From: Candidatus Omnitrophota bacterium
GTDB lineage: Bacteria; Omnitrophota; Gorgyraeia; Zapsychrales; Fredricksoniimonadaceae
NCBI GenBank assembly: GCA_028870995.1
Contig: JAGWOI010000008.1
Span: 3,468 to 67,467, forward strand
Direction of reading: 5' to 3'
Length of the DNA stretch: 64,000 bases
The translations under genes were made by a program, and so were the position numbers. Numbering within the stretch: the first letter of the stretch is position 1; each line of letters starts with the position of its first letter. Under the pieces are notes generated by a model. It searched no databases and was not told the DNA's origin. It was given only the letters and a program-made list of their open reading frames with translations. Shown here piece after piece: positions 26,785 to 35,538 of the stretch.

Positions 26785-28499
26785 TCGCACAGGTGGCCTT
26801 CGACCTGCCCCTCGAGGGGCCTTTTGATTATCTCATTCCGGAGCCTCTGGCCTCCCGGGTGGCTGTAGGCTGCCGGGTCAGGGTTTCCTTTGGATTCCGT
26901 CCCAAAACCGGATTTGTGGTGGGGTTATTGGCACAAAGCGCCCTGCCTAAACTAAAACCGGTCCTGGCAGTGGAGGACAGCGGTAATTTTAATGATCTGG
27001 ACCTTCAGTTTGCCAGAAGTTTCAGCGCCTATTACGGCTGCAGCCTTGGAGAGACCCTGGCTGCCACTTTAAGGAATAAGCAGGAGGCCGGACCTTCCGT
27101 CCGGCGGGAAGGCTCGCCGCGCTTTGTTTTATGCCGCTGCAGCCCGGCGGATTACGCCGCCCGGATCCGGGCGGTCAGGGAAGGGTACAAAAAAGGGCGT
27201 TTTTTAATCCTGGTCCCTGATGCCTTCAGGGGCCGGATGCTTTCTTCCGCGGTCGACGGAGAGGTCAAGATGGGCACCCGTTCGCTGGTGTTCGAAACCG
27301 ACGGCCGTTATGACTGTGTCATCATGGTGGATGAAGAGGATGCCTCCTACAAGCAAGAGCAAAGCCCCATGTATGAGACCCGTCAGGTGCTCTTGCAGCG
27401 TGCCGCCATTTATGGGTTCGATGTGGCCTTTGTGGGGATTACACCGTCGGTGGAATTGATGGCTTTGGTGCGCGAAGGCAAGATCCAAGAACTTGAGGCG
27501 GCCCGCGTTGATGTTCCCACGGTCAGGTTGGTGGACTTGTCCAATTACAAATTTATTCCAGGCCTGGTCTCTCCGCCGGTGCGGGAAGCCCTGGAAAATG
27601 CCTTGAAGGCGGGGCAGAAGGGGCTTTTGATCTTAAACCGTAAAGGTTCCTACCGCCTGACCCGCTGTGTGGATTGCGCCGAGATCCTCAAATGCGAACG
27701 CTGCGACAGTCCTCTTTATTTTTCAAGGGCCGAGGGCAAATACCTCTGCCGCCATTGCCCATTCACGGCCCCCGGCGACACCGTATGTCCCAAATGCCAA
27801 AACCAAAGCTGGCGTTCGCAGGGCATCGGCGTCGAGCAGGTCCAGGCGGAATTAAAGAAAATATTCCCGACAGCGCGGATCGCCGCTTTCGAGCGCGAGA
27901 CAAAATCTTCGGCACGCCGGCAAGAGGTGGACGCCCGTGCCGATATCCTGATAGCCACCCAGGCAGCCTTACGCTTTCAGGGACAATGGCAGGCCGGGGT
28001 CGCCGCATTTATCGATTTTGACAGTCAGCTAAACCGTCTGGACATGTCTGCCGGCTTTAAGGCCTTCAGTCTGACCTTGCATATCGGCGGCATGGCCCAG
28101 ACTGTGTTCATCCAGACCCGTAACATCAATCATCATGTGCTTCAATGCCTTGCCCGGGCTGATATGGGGGGATTTTACGACGAAGAATTGAAATTAAGGC
28201 AGGAATTGGGCTTCAGCCCCTTTAAACACTGGGTCAAAATAAGCTGGCGCGGGCCATCGGAAAAATCAACCCACCAAGCGGCCTGTCATGTGTATAATGA
28301 ACTGGCAAAGGCGGCTCCCCAAGTTTGTTTGATCACCGAACCGGCCGCTGAAGCGGTGGCCCGCAAGCGGGGCCAGTTTCGTTTTCAGGTGATGGTGCAG
28401 GCCGATGAGGTGCCGCCTGCCGTGGCCTTCATCAAATCAGCCATCGCCAGGGTCAAACGGACCAGCGGGGTGATTACGACGATCAATGTCGATCCGTGA
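26781..28499 (+). CDS. priA: Primosomal protein N' (PriA) homolog lacking the Walker A P-loop
   Basis: The PriA N-terminus is 'MIAQVAFDLPLEGPFDYLIPEPL...VGCRVRVSFG'. The DEAH-box region reads 'VIMVDEEDASYKQEQSPMYETRQV'. The Cys-cluster zinc finger is 'LNRKGSYRLTRCVDCAEILKCERCDSPLYF...CRHCPFTAPGDTVCPKCQN'. No GxGKT/S motif occurs anywhere in the protein. Confidence 0.7.
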   Translation: MIAQVAFDLPLEGPFDYLIPEPLASRVAVGCRVRVSFGFRPKTGFVVGLLAQSALPKLKPVLAVEDSGNFNDLDLQFARSFSAYYGCSLGETLAATLRNKQEAGPSVRREGSPRFVLCRCSPADYAARIRAVREGYKKGRFLILVPDAFRGRMLSSAVDGEVKMGTRSLVFETDGRYDCVIMVDEEDASYKQEQSPMYETRQVLLQRAAIYGFDVAFVGITPSVELMALVREGKIQELEAARVDVPTVRLVDLSNYKFIPGLVSPPVREALENALKAGQKGLLILNRKGSYRLTRCVDCAEILKCERCDSPLYFSRAEGKYLCRHCPFTAPGDTVCPKCQNQSWRSQGIGVEQVQAELKKIFPTARIAAFERETKSSARRQEVDARADILIATQAALRFQGQWQAGVAAFIDFDSQLNRLDMSAGFKAFSLTLHIGGMAQTVFIQTRNINHHVLQCLARADMGGFYDEELKLRQELGFSPFKHWVKISWRGPSEKSTHQAACHVYNELAKAAPQVCLITEPAAEAVARKRGQFRFQVMVQADEVPPAVAFIKSAIARVKRTSGVITTINVDP

Positions 28500-28508
28500 A
28501 AGGAACCG

Positions 28509-29441
28509 ATGCGCATTGTTTTCTTCGGCAGTGATGAATTTGCAGCGGTACATCTGGAGGCTTTATTGGCCGCCGGCCAGCAGGTGGCTGCCTGCGTCAC
28601 CGGTCCGGACAAGCCGCAAGGCCGCGGCATGAAACTTACCGTCCCGCCCATTAAGCAAATGGCGCTGGATCGGCAAATCCCTTGCCTTCAGCCGGCATCG
28701 CTTAAAGATAAGGCTGTCACAGAAGCCTTGAAAGCCTATCAGGCTGATATTTTTGTGGTCGTGGCCTACGGGTATCTGTTGACGCAGGAGATCCTGGATA
28801 TCCCCCGCTTTTTATGCATGAACGTTCACGGGTCGCTGCTTCCAAAATACAGGGGCGCGGCACCGGTCAATTGGGCTGTCCTCAATGGCGATAATGAAAC
28901 CGGCGTGAGCATCCAGAAGATGGTGCTGCGTCTTGATGCCGGAGACATTATTGCCCAGGAGAAAATGACGATCGGCGGGGATGAAGATGCCGGACAATTG
29001 CGAGGGCGCATGAGCCGGGTGGGAGCCGGGTTGTTGGTCAAGATTTTGAAGGAACATCCGCAGGGGGATTTCCCTTTGATCCCGCAAGATCAAGCCTTGG
29101 TCACTTATGCACCCAAGTTAACCAAGGACATGGGCAGGATCGACTGGAAAAAGACTGCCGCCTCCGTCAATAATCAGGTGCGCGGCTTGCAGCCCTGGCC
29201 TGGCGCGTACACGTTTTATAAAGGGAAAATGCTTAAAATAATCAAGTTGCTGGTCACGGCTGAAGCCGGCGGCGGCTTTTCGCCGGGCCAGGTGATAAAG
29301 ACGGACAAAAATGGTTTTTATGTGGCCTGTGCGGACAAGGCCCTGCTGGTCAAGGAAGTGCAGCCTGAAGCAGGCCGGGTGATGCCTGCCGCAAGCTTTG
29401 TGGCCGGGTATAAAGTAATACAAGGGAGTTTATTAGAATAA
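28509..29441 (+). CDS. fmt: Methionyl-tRNA formyltransferase
   Basis: 'MRIVFFGSDEFAAVHLEALL', 'HGSLLPKYRGAAPVNWAV' and the C-terminal Fmt domain are present. Confidence 0.9.
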   Translation: MRIVFFGSDEFAAVHLEALLAAGQQVAACVTGPDKPQGRGMKLTVPPIKQMALDRQIPCLQPASLKDKAVTEALKAYQADIFVVVAYGYLLTQEILDIPRFLCMNVHGSLLPKYRGAAPVNWAVLNGDNETGVSIQKMVLRLDAGDIIAQEKMTIGGDEDAGQLRGRMSRVGAGLLVKILKEHPQGDFPLIPQDQALVTYAPKLTKDMGRIDWKKTAASVNNQVRGLQPWPGAYTFYKGKMLKIIKLLVTAEAGGGFSPGQVIKTDKNGFYVACADKALLVKEVQPEAGRVMPAASFVAGYKVIQGSLLE

Positions 29442-29558
29442 AAATAGGGAGAGCTTCCTATTTAATGATATAATTTCGTTTATGGCCGCTTTCGCTGCAA
29501 TAAAAATTAAGGAAAGCGGCACTTTGAATCAGTGGAAAAGCTTAATGGAATTTTAAGG

Positions 29559-30533
29559 ATGTCGCAACTGCGCAAAGATCCTGTTGTCAGTCGTTGGGTG
29601 ATCGTGGCCACAGAACGGGCCCGTCGGCCGGCGGCTTTTGTCGATCCCCAATCCAGTGCGACCGATCCCAAGAACTGTCCTTATTGCCATGATACCGCCT
29701 CAAAGGTGGTGCATGAATCCCATGGCGTCAGGGTCATCAACAGCAGCGGCCCCATCCTGGACGGCAGCAAGCCTTTTGAGCGCCGTGCCCACGGGCTTTA
29801 CGAAGTGGCGCATAGTCACGGCAGCCACGAGATCGTGGTGGAAACGCCCCAGCATGTGGCCAATATGGCGGACCTGCCCGTGGCACAAATTACGGCCGTT
29901 TTCCAGACCTATGCCTTGCGTATGCAAGCCCATCGGGAGAACCCTTTTGTCGAGTATGTGCTGGCCTATAAGAATTATGGCGTCGCCGCGGGCAGCCGTG
30001 CTATCGGGCACGCCCGTTCCCAAATCATGGCCGTACCGGTCCTGCCCATGCGGATCAAGGACAAGACCAGGGGCGCTGAAAAATATTTCGATTACCACGA
30101 GCGCTGCTTGTTTTGCGACATCGTGGCCCAGGAATTAAAGCGGGGCGAACGATTGGTTTCCCAAAACGAGCATTTTGTGGCCGTCACTCCCTTTGCCCCG
30201 CGTTTTCCCTTTGAGACGTGGATCCTGCCCAAGGAGCATCATTGCGATTTCGCGCAAGGGGTCGTCGGCTTCGAGGATTCCCTGGCCGCCCTGATAAAGG
30301 ACGTATTATTACGTTTCAAAATAGGATTAAATGATCCGGCCTACAACTATATGATCCAGACCGCGCCGGTCAAAAGGCCATCCGCATTCAAGGATGATTA
30401 TCATTGGCACATCGAGATCATGCCGCGGTTGACCCGGGTGGCGGGCTTTGAGCGGGGGACGGGTTTTTATATCTGCCCCATCCCACCGGAGATGACCGCC
30501 GATTTTTTAAAAGAGGTTGATATCCATGCCTGA
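29559..30533 (+). CDS. Galactose-1-phosphate uridylyltransferase (GalT, HIT-like) family paralog with Arg at the nucleophilic His position; predicted catalytically inactive
   Basis: The N-terminus is 'RKDPVVSRWVIVATERARRP', the zinc motif is 'CPYCHD', and the active-site motif reads 'IGHARSQ' where HPHxQ is expected. Confidence 0.8.
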   Translation: MSQLRKDPVVSRWVIVATERARRPAAFVDPQSSATDPKNCPYCHDTASKVVHESHGVRVINSSGPILDGSKPFERRAHGLYEVAHSHGSHEIVVETPQHVANMADLPVAQITAVFQTYALRMQAHRENPFVEYVLAYKNYGVAAGSRAIGHARSQIMAVPVLPMRIKDKTRGAEKYFDYHERCLFCDIVAQELKRGERLVSQNEHFVAVTPFAPRFPFETWILPKEHHCDFAQGVVGFEDSLAALIKDVLLRFKIGLNDPAYNYMIQTAPVKRPSAFKDDYHWHIEIMPRLTRVAGFERGTGFYICPIPPEMTADFLKEVDIHA

Positions 30534-31521
30534 GCTCAGACGTGATCCGGTGGTTGGACGCTGGGTCATCATTGACAGCGAGCACCTTAAAACACCCAAG
30601 GATTTTCCCAAGGACGATAACACGCCTATACGGCAGGCGATTTGCCCTTTTTGTCCCGGCCGCGAACATCAAACGCCGCCGGAAGTGGATGCGGTCCGCC
30701 CATCGGGCAGCGCTGCCAATTCGCCGGGCTGGCTGGTGCGCACGGTCCCCAATAAATTCCCGGTGCTGGGCAGCGAGGGTGAGTTTAAAAAGGAAGGGGC
30801 CGGTATCTATGACCAGATGAGCGGCATCGGCGCCCATGAAGTGGTGATCGAAGGTCCTGATCATGATAAGAATCTCGACCAGCTGACGGCTGAAGAGATG
30901 CGCGCCGTTATAGGCCAGTACGGCAGCCGCTTTCGCCAATTGTCCCAGGACAGCCGGTTCAAATATATCGTGATTTTCAAGAATTTTGGCGAGTCGGCCG
31001 GGGCCACCATCGAACATCCTCACAGCCAGATCATTGCCTTGCCCATGGTGCCTAAAACCGTGTTGGAAGAGCTCAAAGGCACCGAGTATTATTATCAGTA
31101 CCATGGGCGTTGTGTTTTATGCGACATCATTTCCCAGGAATATCATGATAAGGAACGTATCGTTGCCGAGAACACCAGCTTCCTGGCTTTCTGTCCCTAT
31201 GCCCCGCGGTATTGCTTTGAAACATGGATCATCCCTAAAGGCCATAGCGCGGACTTTGCCGGCGCCGATGACCAAACCCAGTTTCACCTGGCCCAGATCC
31301 TGCAGGATGTCCTTAAAAAGGTCAAAAAAGCCCTGGGCAATCCTTCCTACAATTATTATCTGCATACGGCGCCGCTGGGATATGCCAACCCGGCCTGTTA
31401 CCATTGGCACATCGAGATCATTCCCAAATTGACCCGTAGCGTCGGTTTTGAATGGGGGACAGGGTTGCATATTGTGCCCACCTTCCCGCAGGATGCGGCC
31501 CGCTATTTAAGGGAAGCTTAA
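30526..31521 (+). CDS. galT: Galactose-1-phosphate uridylyltransferase (GalT) family, canonical HPH motif
   Basis: The N-terminus is 'RRDPVVGRWVIIDSEHLKTP', the zinc motif is 'CPFCPG', the active-site motif is 'IEHPHSQ', and the second half-site has 'HWHIEIIPK'. Confidence 0.85.
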   Translation: MPELRRDPVVGRWVIIDSEHLKTPKDFPKDDNTPIRQAICPFCPGREHQTPPEVDAVRPSGSAANSPGWLVRTVPNKFPVLGSEGEFKKEGAGIYDQMSGIGAHEVVIEGPDHDKNLDQLTAEEMRAVIGQYGSRFRQLSQDSRFKYIVIFKNFGESAGATIEHPHSQIIALPMVPKTVLEELKGTEYYYQYHGRCVLCDIISQEYHDKERIVAENTSFLAFCPYAPRYCFETWIIPKGHSADFAGADDQTQFHLAQILQDVLKKVKKALGNPSYNYYLHTAPLGYANPACYHWHIEIIPKLTRSVGFEWGTGLHIVPTFPQDAARYLREA

Positions 31522-31581
31522 AATTTGACAATACGGACTTTTGAAGTAGAATAAGACTTCCTTAAGCGGCCTTACCATCAT

Positions 31582-31657
31582 GCCGAGTTAGCTCAGGTAG
31601 TAGAGCGCAGGACTGAAAATCCTGGCGTCCCCAGTGCAAGTCTGGGACTCGGCACCA
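31582..31657 (+). tRNA. tRNA-Phe (anticodon GAA)
   Basis: It folds as a cloverleaf by hand: acceptor GCCGAGT/ACTCGGC, D-stem GCTC/GAGC, anticodon stem CAGGA/TCCTG with loop CTGAAAA, T-stem CCCAG/CTGGG. The 3' CCA is encoded. Confidence 0.85.
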
Positions 31658-31674
31658 TTTTTTAGAATAATGCC

Positions 31675-31920
31675 ATGCCTAAAGACAGCCAACAACTGAC
31701 GACCCTAAGTAATATGCCTGTGGGGCAAAAGGCCTTGATTGCCGCCTTTGCCGTTGATACCGATCAAGGGGAACATATTCAAAAGATGGGTTTTGTGCCA
31801 GGGGAAATATTGGAAGTGGTCCGGGCCCAAGCCGACCGTATTGAAGTCAAGATCGGTCAGTACTTTGTTTCTTTAAATAAAACTGAGGCCGATTGCATCA
31901 AGGTAAAGCCTTTCTTATAA
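31675..31920 (+). CDS. feoA: FeoA-domain protein
   Basis: At 81 aa, 'LSNMPVGQKALIAAF...GFVPGEILEVVR...IEVKIGQYFVSL' is an SH3-like FeoA fold signature. No feoB gene is adjacent. Confidence 0.7.
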   Translation: MPKDSQQLTTLSNMPVGQKALIAAFAVDTDQGEHIQKMGFVPGEILEVVRAQADRIEVKIGQYFVSLNKTEADCIKVKPFL

Positions 31921-31990
31921 ATCATTTCGTTGTCAATTGGATCGGGTTTGCTTATAATACCTCTTCGCTGAAAACAGCGAAGGAAAGGAC

Positions 31991-32629
31991 ATGGCTATGG
32001 GTTCATCTTTGTCTATGATCGATGTGAGCAGGGTCGAAAGCGCCAAGCTGGAGAAGTCCCCTTACGAGTACATCGTGGTTTCAGATTTTATCCGGGGCGA
32101 ATGGAAGGACAAGCTGATCGCCAGCTACCCGCAACTTAAGGCCGCGGGCAGTTTTCCGTTGACGACTGTTTCCTGCAGTCCCGAGTTCAAGCAGCTGATC
32201 GATGAAATGAACTCCGAAGATTTCCGTCGTGCCATTGAATCCAAATTTTCCCTTGATCTTAAAGACAAACCGACAATGTTTACCGTCCGCGGCAAATGTC
32301 GGCTTAAGGACGGTCAGGTCCATACGGATTCGGAAAGCAAGATCATCACCGTCCTACTTTATATGAACCCTTCCTGGGAAAACCAGGGGGGGCGGCTGCG
32401 CCTTTTGAACAGCAATAACATCGACGATATCAAGACCGAAGTGCCGCCGGACGTAGGGACCCTGCTGGTATTCAAACGCTGCGATCATTCCTGGCACGGA
32501 CACCTGCCTTTTGAAGGTGTGCGCAAGGTGATCCAGATGAACTGGGTGACACACCAGAAATTCGTGGACCAGGAGCAAAAACGCCACCGCTGGTCCGCCC
32601 TCTTCAAAATATTCTCCCCGTCGTATTAA
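31991..32629 (+). CDS. 2-oxoglutarate/Fe(II)-dependent oxygenase superfamily protein
   Basis: The HxD...H facial triad candidates are 'VHTDSE' and 'HSWHGH', with 'RLRLLNSN' upstream. The protein is 212 aa. Confidence 0.6.
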   Translation: MAMGSSLSMIDVSRVESAKLEKSPYEYIVVSDFIRGEWKDKLIASYPQLKAAGSFPLTTVSCSPEFKQLIDEMNSEDFRRAIESKFSLDLKDKPTMFTVRGKCRLKDGQVHTDSESKIITVLLYMNPSWENQGGRLRLLNSNNIDDIKTEVPPDVGTLLVFKRCDHSWHGHLPFEGVRKVIQMNWVTHQKFVDQEQKRHRWSALFKIFSPSY

Positions 32630-32633
32630 AACC

Positions 32634-33587
32634 ATGGCCGCAACCGATCTGCCGACATTATCGTGCTGGGTCGCCAGTCAAGGCCTTATCGGCCTCCAGA
32701 ACCAGGCCGAAGGGCTTGCCCGGGCGCTGGGGTTTCCTTTCACCATAAAAGAGTTCAAAAAACCGCGCGGCTGGCGGCCTTGGCCGCTGCCCCCTGAAAA
32801 ATACGGTTTTCTGCCGCCCTGGCCCGATGTGCTCATCACCTGCGGGTGCCAGAGCGCCGGCCTTTCCGTGGCTGTGCGCCGGGCGAGTCAAGGCAAGACC
32901 TTCACGATCCATATCCAGGACCCGGCCATGGCGCCTAAGCATTTTGATGTGGTGGTGGCTCCCAGCCATGACAAGGTGCGGGGGGAAAATGTTTTTGTGA
33001 GCCAGGGATCGGTGCACCATGTGACCCTGGAGAAGCTTAAAGAGGCGGCCGATCATTTCAGGCCGTTGTTGGGCCGCCTGCCGCGGCCGCTCGTCAGCGT
33101 GCTGGTAGGCGGCTCCAATAGGCACCAGGACTTTTCCACCGTGATTGCCCGTGACTTGGCCGGCAAGCTCTTGGCGGCCGCAAAAGCCAGCGGCGGGGGG
33201 CTGGCGGTCTCGCCTTCGCGGCGGACGGGTGCCGCCAACGAGGCCCTCCTGCGCCAGGAACTACGGGCTGTGCCTTCCTATATATGGGACGGCAGCGGTG
33301 AGAATCCTTATTTTGGCCTTTTGGGCTTAGGGGACGCCATCGTGGTCACCAGCGATTCCGTTTCCATGATTTCCGAAGCCTGTTCCAGCGGCAAACCCGT
33401 CTATATATATGAATTGCCAAACGCCGGCAAAAGGCATAAAATTTTTTTGGAGAGTTTTATTCGACAGGGCCTGGTGAGACTCTTTAAGGGCAGTATTGAG
33501 CCCTGGGAGGCAACAGCGCTCAATGAAACCCAAAAGGCCGTTGATTTTATTCGCTTGCGACTCAAAGAAAGGTGGGGAAGGACATGA
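32634..33587 (+). CDS. ELM1/DUF1022-family protein (predicted GT-B-like fold, function unknown)
   Basis: The N-terminus 'LSCWVASQGLIGLQNQAEGLARALG' and the overall length and composition resemble bacterial 'mitochondrial fission ELM1' family proteins. Confidence 0.55.
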   Translation: MAATDLPTLSCWVASQGLIGLQNQAEGLARALGFPFTIKEFKKPRGWRPWPLPPEKYGFLPPWPDVLITCGCQSAGLSVAVRRASQGKTFTIHIQDPAMAPKHFDVVVAPSHDKVRGENVFVSQGSVHHVTLEKLKEAADHFRPLLGRLPRPLVSVLVGGSNRHQDFSTVIARDLAGKLLAAAKASGGGLAVSPSRRTGAANEALLRQELRAVPSYIWDGSGENPYFGLLGLGDAIVVTSDSVSMISEACSSGKPVYIYELPNAGKRHKIFLESFIRQGLVRLFKGSIEPWEATALNETQKAVDFIRLRLKERWGRT

Positions 33588-35533
33588 TAACACCGGTACT
33601 CACTCAGAAAAGATCTCTGGACATTAAAACGTTTAATAATACAGGCGGTTCTTCCGCGCTGTTTAAAGCGCTCGGTCATCCCTTGACCGCATCTAAGATG
33701 AATGGTCTTATCAGTTCCTTGTCCTCGTTGGGCAGGGTGGCGGTCTATGATCCTCTGGGACAGGCGGCAGAGTGGCAGGCCCTTTATGATATCTCTTCCG
33801 TTAAAATTGCCGCTGTTTTTGTCCAGAATGTGGCCGACCTCGACAAGCAGCTGTTGGGTAAGAATACACAGCCGGTGATGGATTTAGCAAAGGCCCAGGC
33901 CGATGCACTGGTGGTGACAGCTTTCGACGCGGCCCGCCTGGTCGCCCAAATCCAGCATTTACTGCCTCAAGGCCTTAAGATATTGTCCTTTGATGATGTC
34001 CGCCTTCCCGATGAATTTCTCACCAACACCCGTCATTACCTTGATCCTTTGAATTTCGCCACCAATTTTGTTTTCTTCAGGGAAGAGGCAGGCCACCACA
34101 CGCGGCTGGTCACGGCCAATTATTGGGCCGGATACAGCCAGAAGGAGGTGGGCCTCTGGTGCTGCCTTTTCGACAAGGACGGCAAGGCCTTGTCCCAGTG
34201 GTGGGAGAAACTTAAAAAAAGCGTTCATACCATCACGCTCGACAGCAAGGAAATCAAGGAGCGCCTGAAGCTGGGGTCATTTACCGGCAGTTTGTTTGTG
34301 CATTTTACCGGTGTCGCCGGCCATGATGTGGCCAAATATGCCTTGGATACGTACGGCGACGTTGAAACCGTGCTTTCCTGCACGCACGATGCCAATCCCT
34401 GGCCCGCGGATCTTTATGCCGGTCTGCCGGCGCCCAAGGAAGGCAGCCAGGTGTTGCTGTGGGTGCAAAACAGCCATCCCTGCCCGATTCCGGCCAACAG
34501 CATCGGCTTAAGTTTCATGGGTTCGGATGAGGTGGTTGTGTATGATAAACCGATCGGTGGTTTTGCTACCGTTGAGCTGGATACGGCAGAGTTTTTCCCG
34601 AAGGCCAGGTGGCCTCAGCAGTTTGAAGTTCATGCGGGCCGGTATTTTGTCCGCCCCCGGTACGAAGTGATCGATCAGGTCAAAGGCCGCTGTCTCATTG
34701 CGCATACCAACGTCGAGCGCACTGATTTGAAGGCCGATCCGGCCATTCCGGCCTTGGGCCGCGTCATGGGCAAAATTTACATCCTGCCCATGCCGGTATT
34801 GCCGGTCGACCGCTGGCAGACGATCGTGCTGCCGACACCGATGTCCACGGCGCAGAAGAATTTGCCGCTGGCCTTGTCGATCTATGACCGTCAGGGCAAG
34901 AAAGTGGCTTCTCATTTTTTGGGGGTATTGGATCGCGCCTCCATTAAGGATTTCAATATCAATGATTTGTTAAGCAAGCGTTCTCCAGAGGATTTTCCCG
35001 AAGGATTCGGTCATGTGGAATTGACCTATGATTTTTCGCAAGGCGGTCAGGCCGACGGCTGGCTGCATGGGCTGGTGCGCTACGAAGACACTCAAAGCGG
35101 TCATAACGCAGAAACCAGCTTCGGTTCCCATATTTTTAATACCGTACTGGTTTATAAAAATGAGCCGCAGTCTTACGCGGGCAGACCGCCGGGCTTGAGC
35201 ACCCGGCTTTTTTTGCGCCTGTGGCCGGGTGAGGAAGTCGATACCTTGTGCCATTTGATCTATCCGGCTTCAACGCCCTGGCATGCTCAGTCTATGACAG
35301 ACCTTATCCTGACCGATGCCGATGGTCGGGAGGTGCACAAGAAAACCGTGCGCATTCCCTGCAGCGGTTCCTTGTTCTGGCGCTATCATGAGATGTTCAG
35401 TCAAGAAGAGCGCCGGCGCGCGGGCAAGAATGCCTACATCATCATCCGTGACATGACCTGCCGCCTGTTCGGTTATCACGGGCTGATCAACGACGGCAAG
35501 GCCTTTTGTCTGGACCACATGTTCGGTTTTTAA
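33572..35533 (+). CDS. Large hypothetical cytoplasmic protein with three or four internal repeats
   Basis: It is 653 aa with no recognisable catalytic motif. Recurrent segments are 'CLFDKDGKALSQ', 'SIYDRQGKKVASH' and 'ILTDADGREVHKK', each preceded by aromatic-rich stretches. Confidence 0.5.
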   Translation: MGKDMITPVLTQKRSLDIKTFNNTGGSSALFKALGHPLTASKMNGLISSLSSLGRVAVYDPLGQAAEWQALYDISSVKIAAVFVQNVADLDKQLLGKNTQPVMDLAKAQADALVVTAFDAARLVAQIQHLLPQGLKILSFDDVRLPDEFLTNTRHYLDPLNFATNFVFFREEAGHHTRLVTANYWAGYSQKEVGLWCCLFDKDGKALSQWWEKLKKSVHTITLDSKEIKERLKLGSFTGSLFVHFTGVAGHDVAKYALDTYGDVETVLSCTHDANPWPADLYAGLPAPKEGSQVLLWVQNSHPCPIPANSIGLSFMGSDEVVVYDKPIGGFATVELDTAEFFPKARWPQQFEVHAGRYFVRPRYEVIDQVKGRCLIAHTNVERTDLKADPAIPALGRVMGKIYILPMPVLPVDRWQTIVLPTPMSTAQKNLPLALSIYDRQGKKVASHFLGVLDRASIKDFNINDLLSKRSPEDFPEGFGHVELTYDFSQGGQADGWLHGLVRYEDTQSGHNAETSFGSHIFNTVLVYKNEPQSYAGRPPGLSTRLFLRLWPGEEVDTLCHLIYPASTPWHAQSMTDLILTDADGREVHKKTVRIPCSGSLFWRYHEMFSQEERRRAGKNAYIIIRDMTCRLFGYHGLINDGKAFCLDHMFGF

Positions 35534-35538
35534 AATTT

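Noticed and set aside
30418-31104. 228-aa minus-strand ORF overlapping both GalT genes
   Set aside because: It is antisense to two strongly supported CDSs, Arg/Ala/Gly-rich and without motifs.
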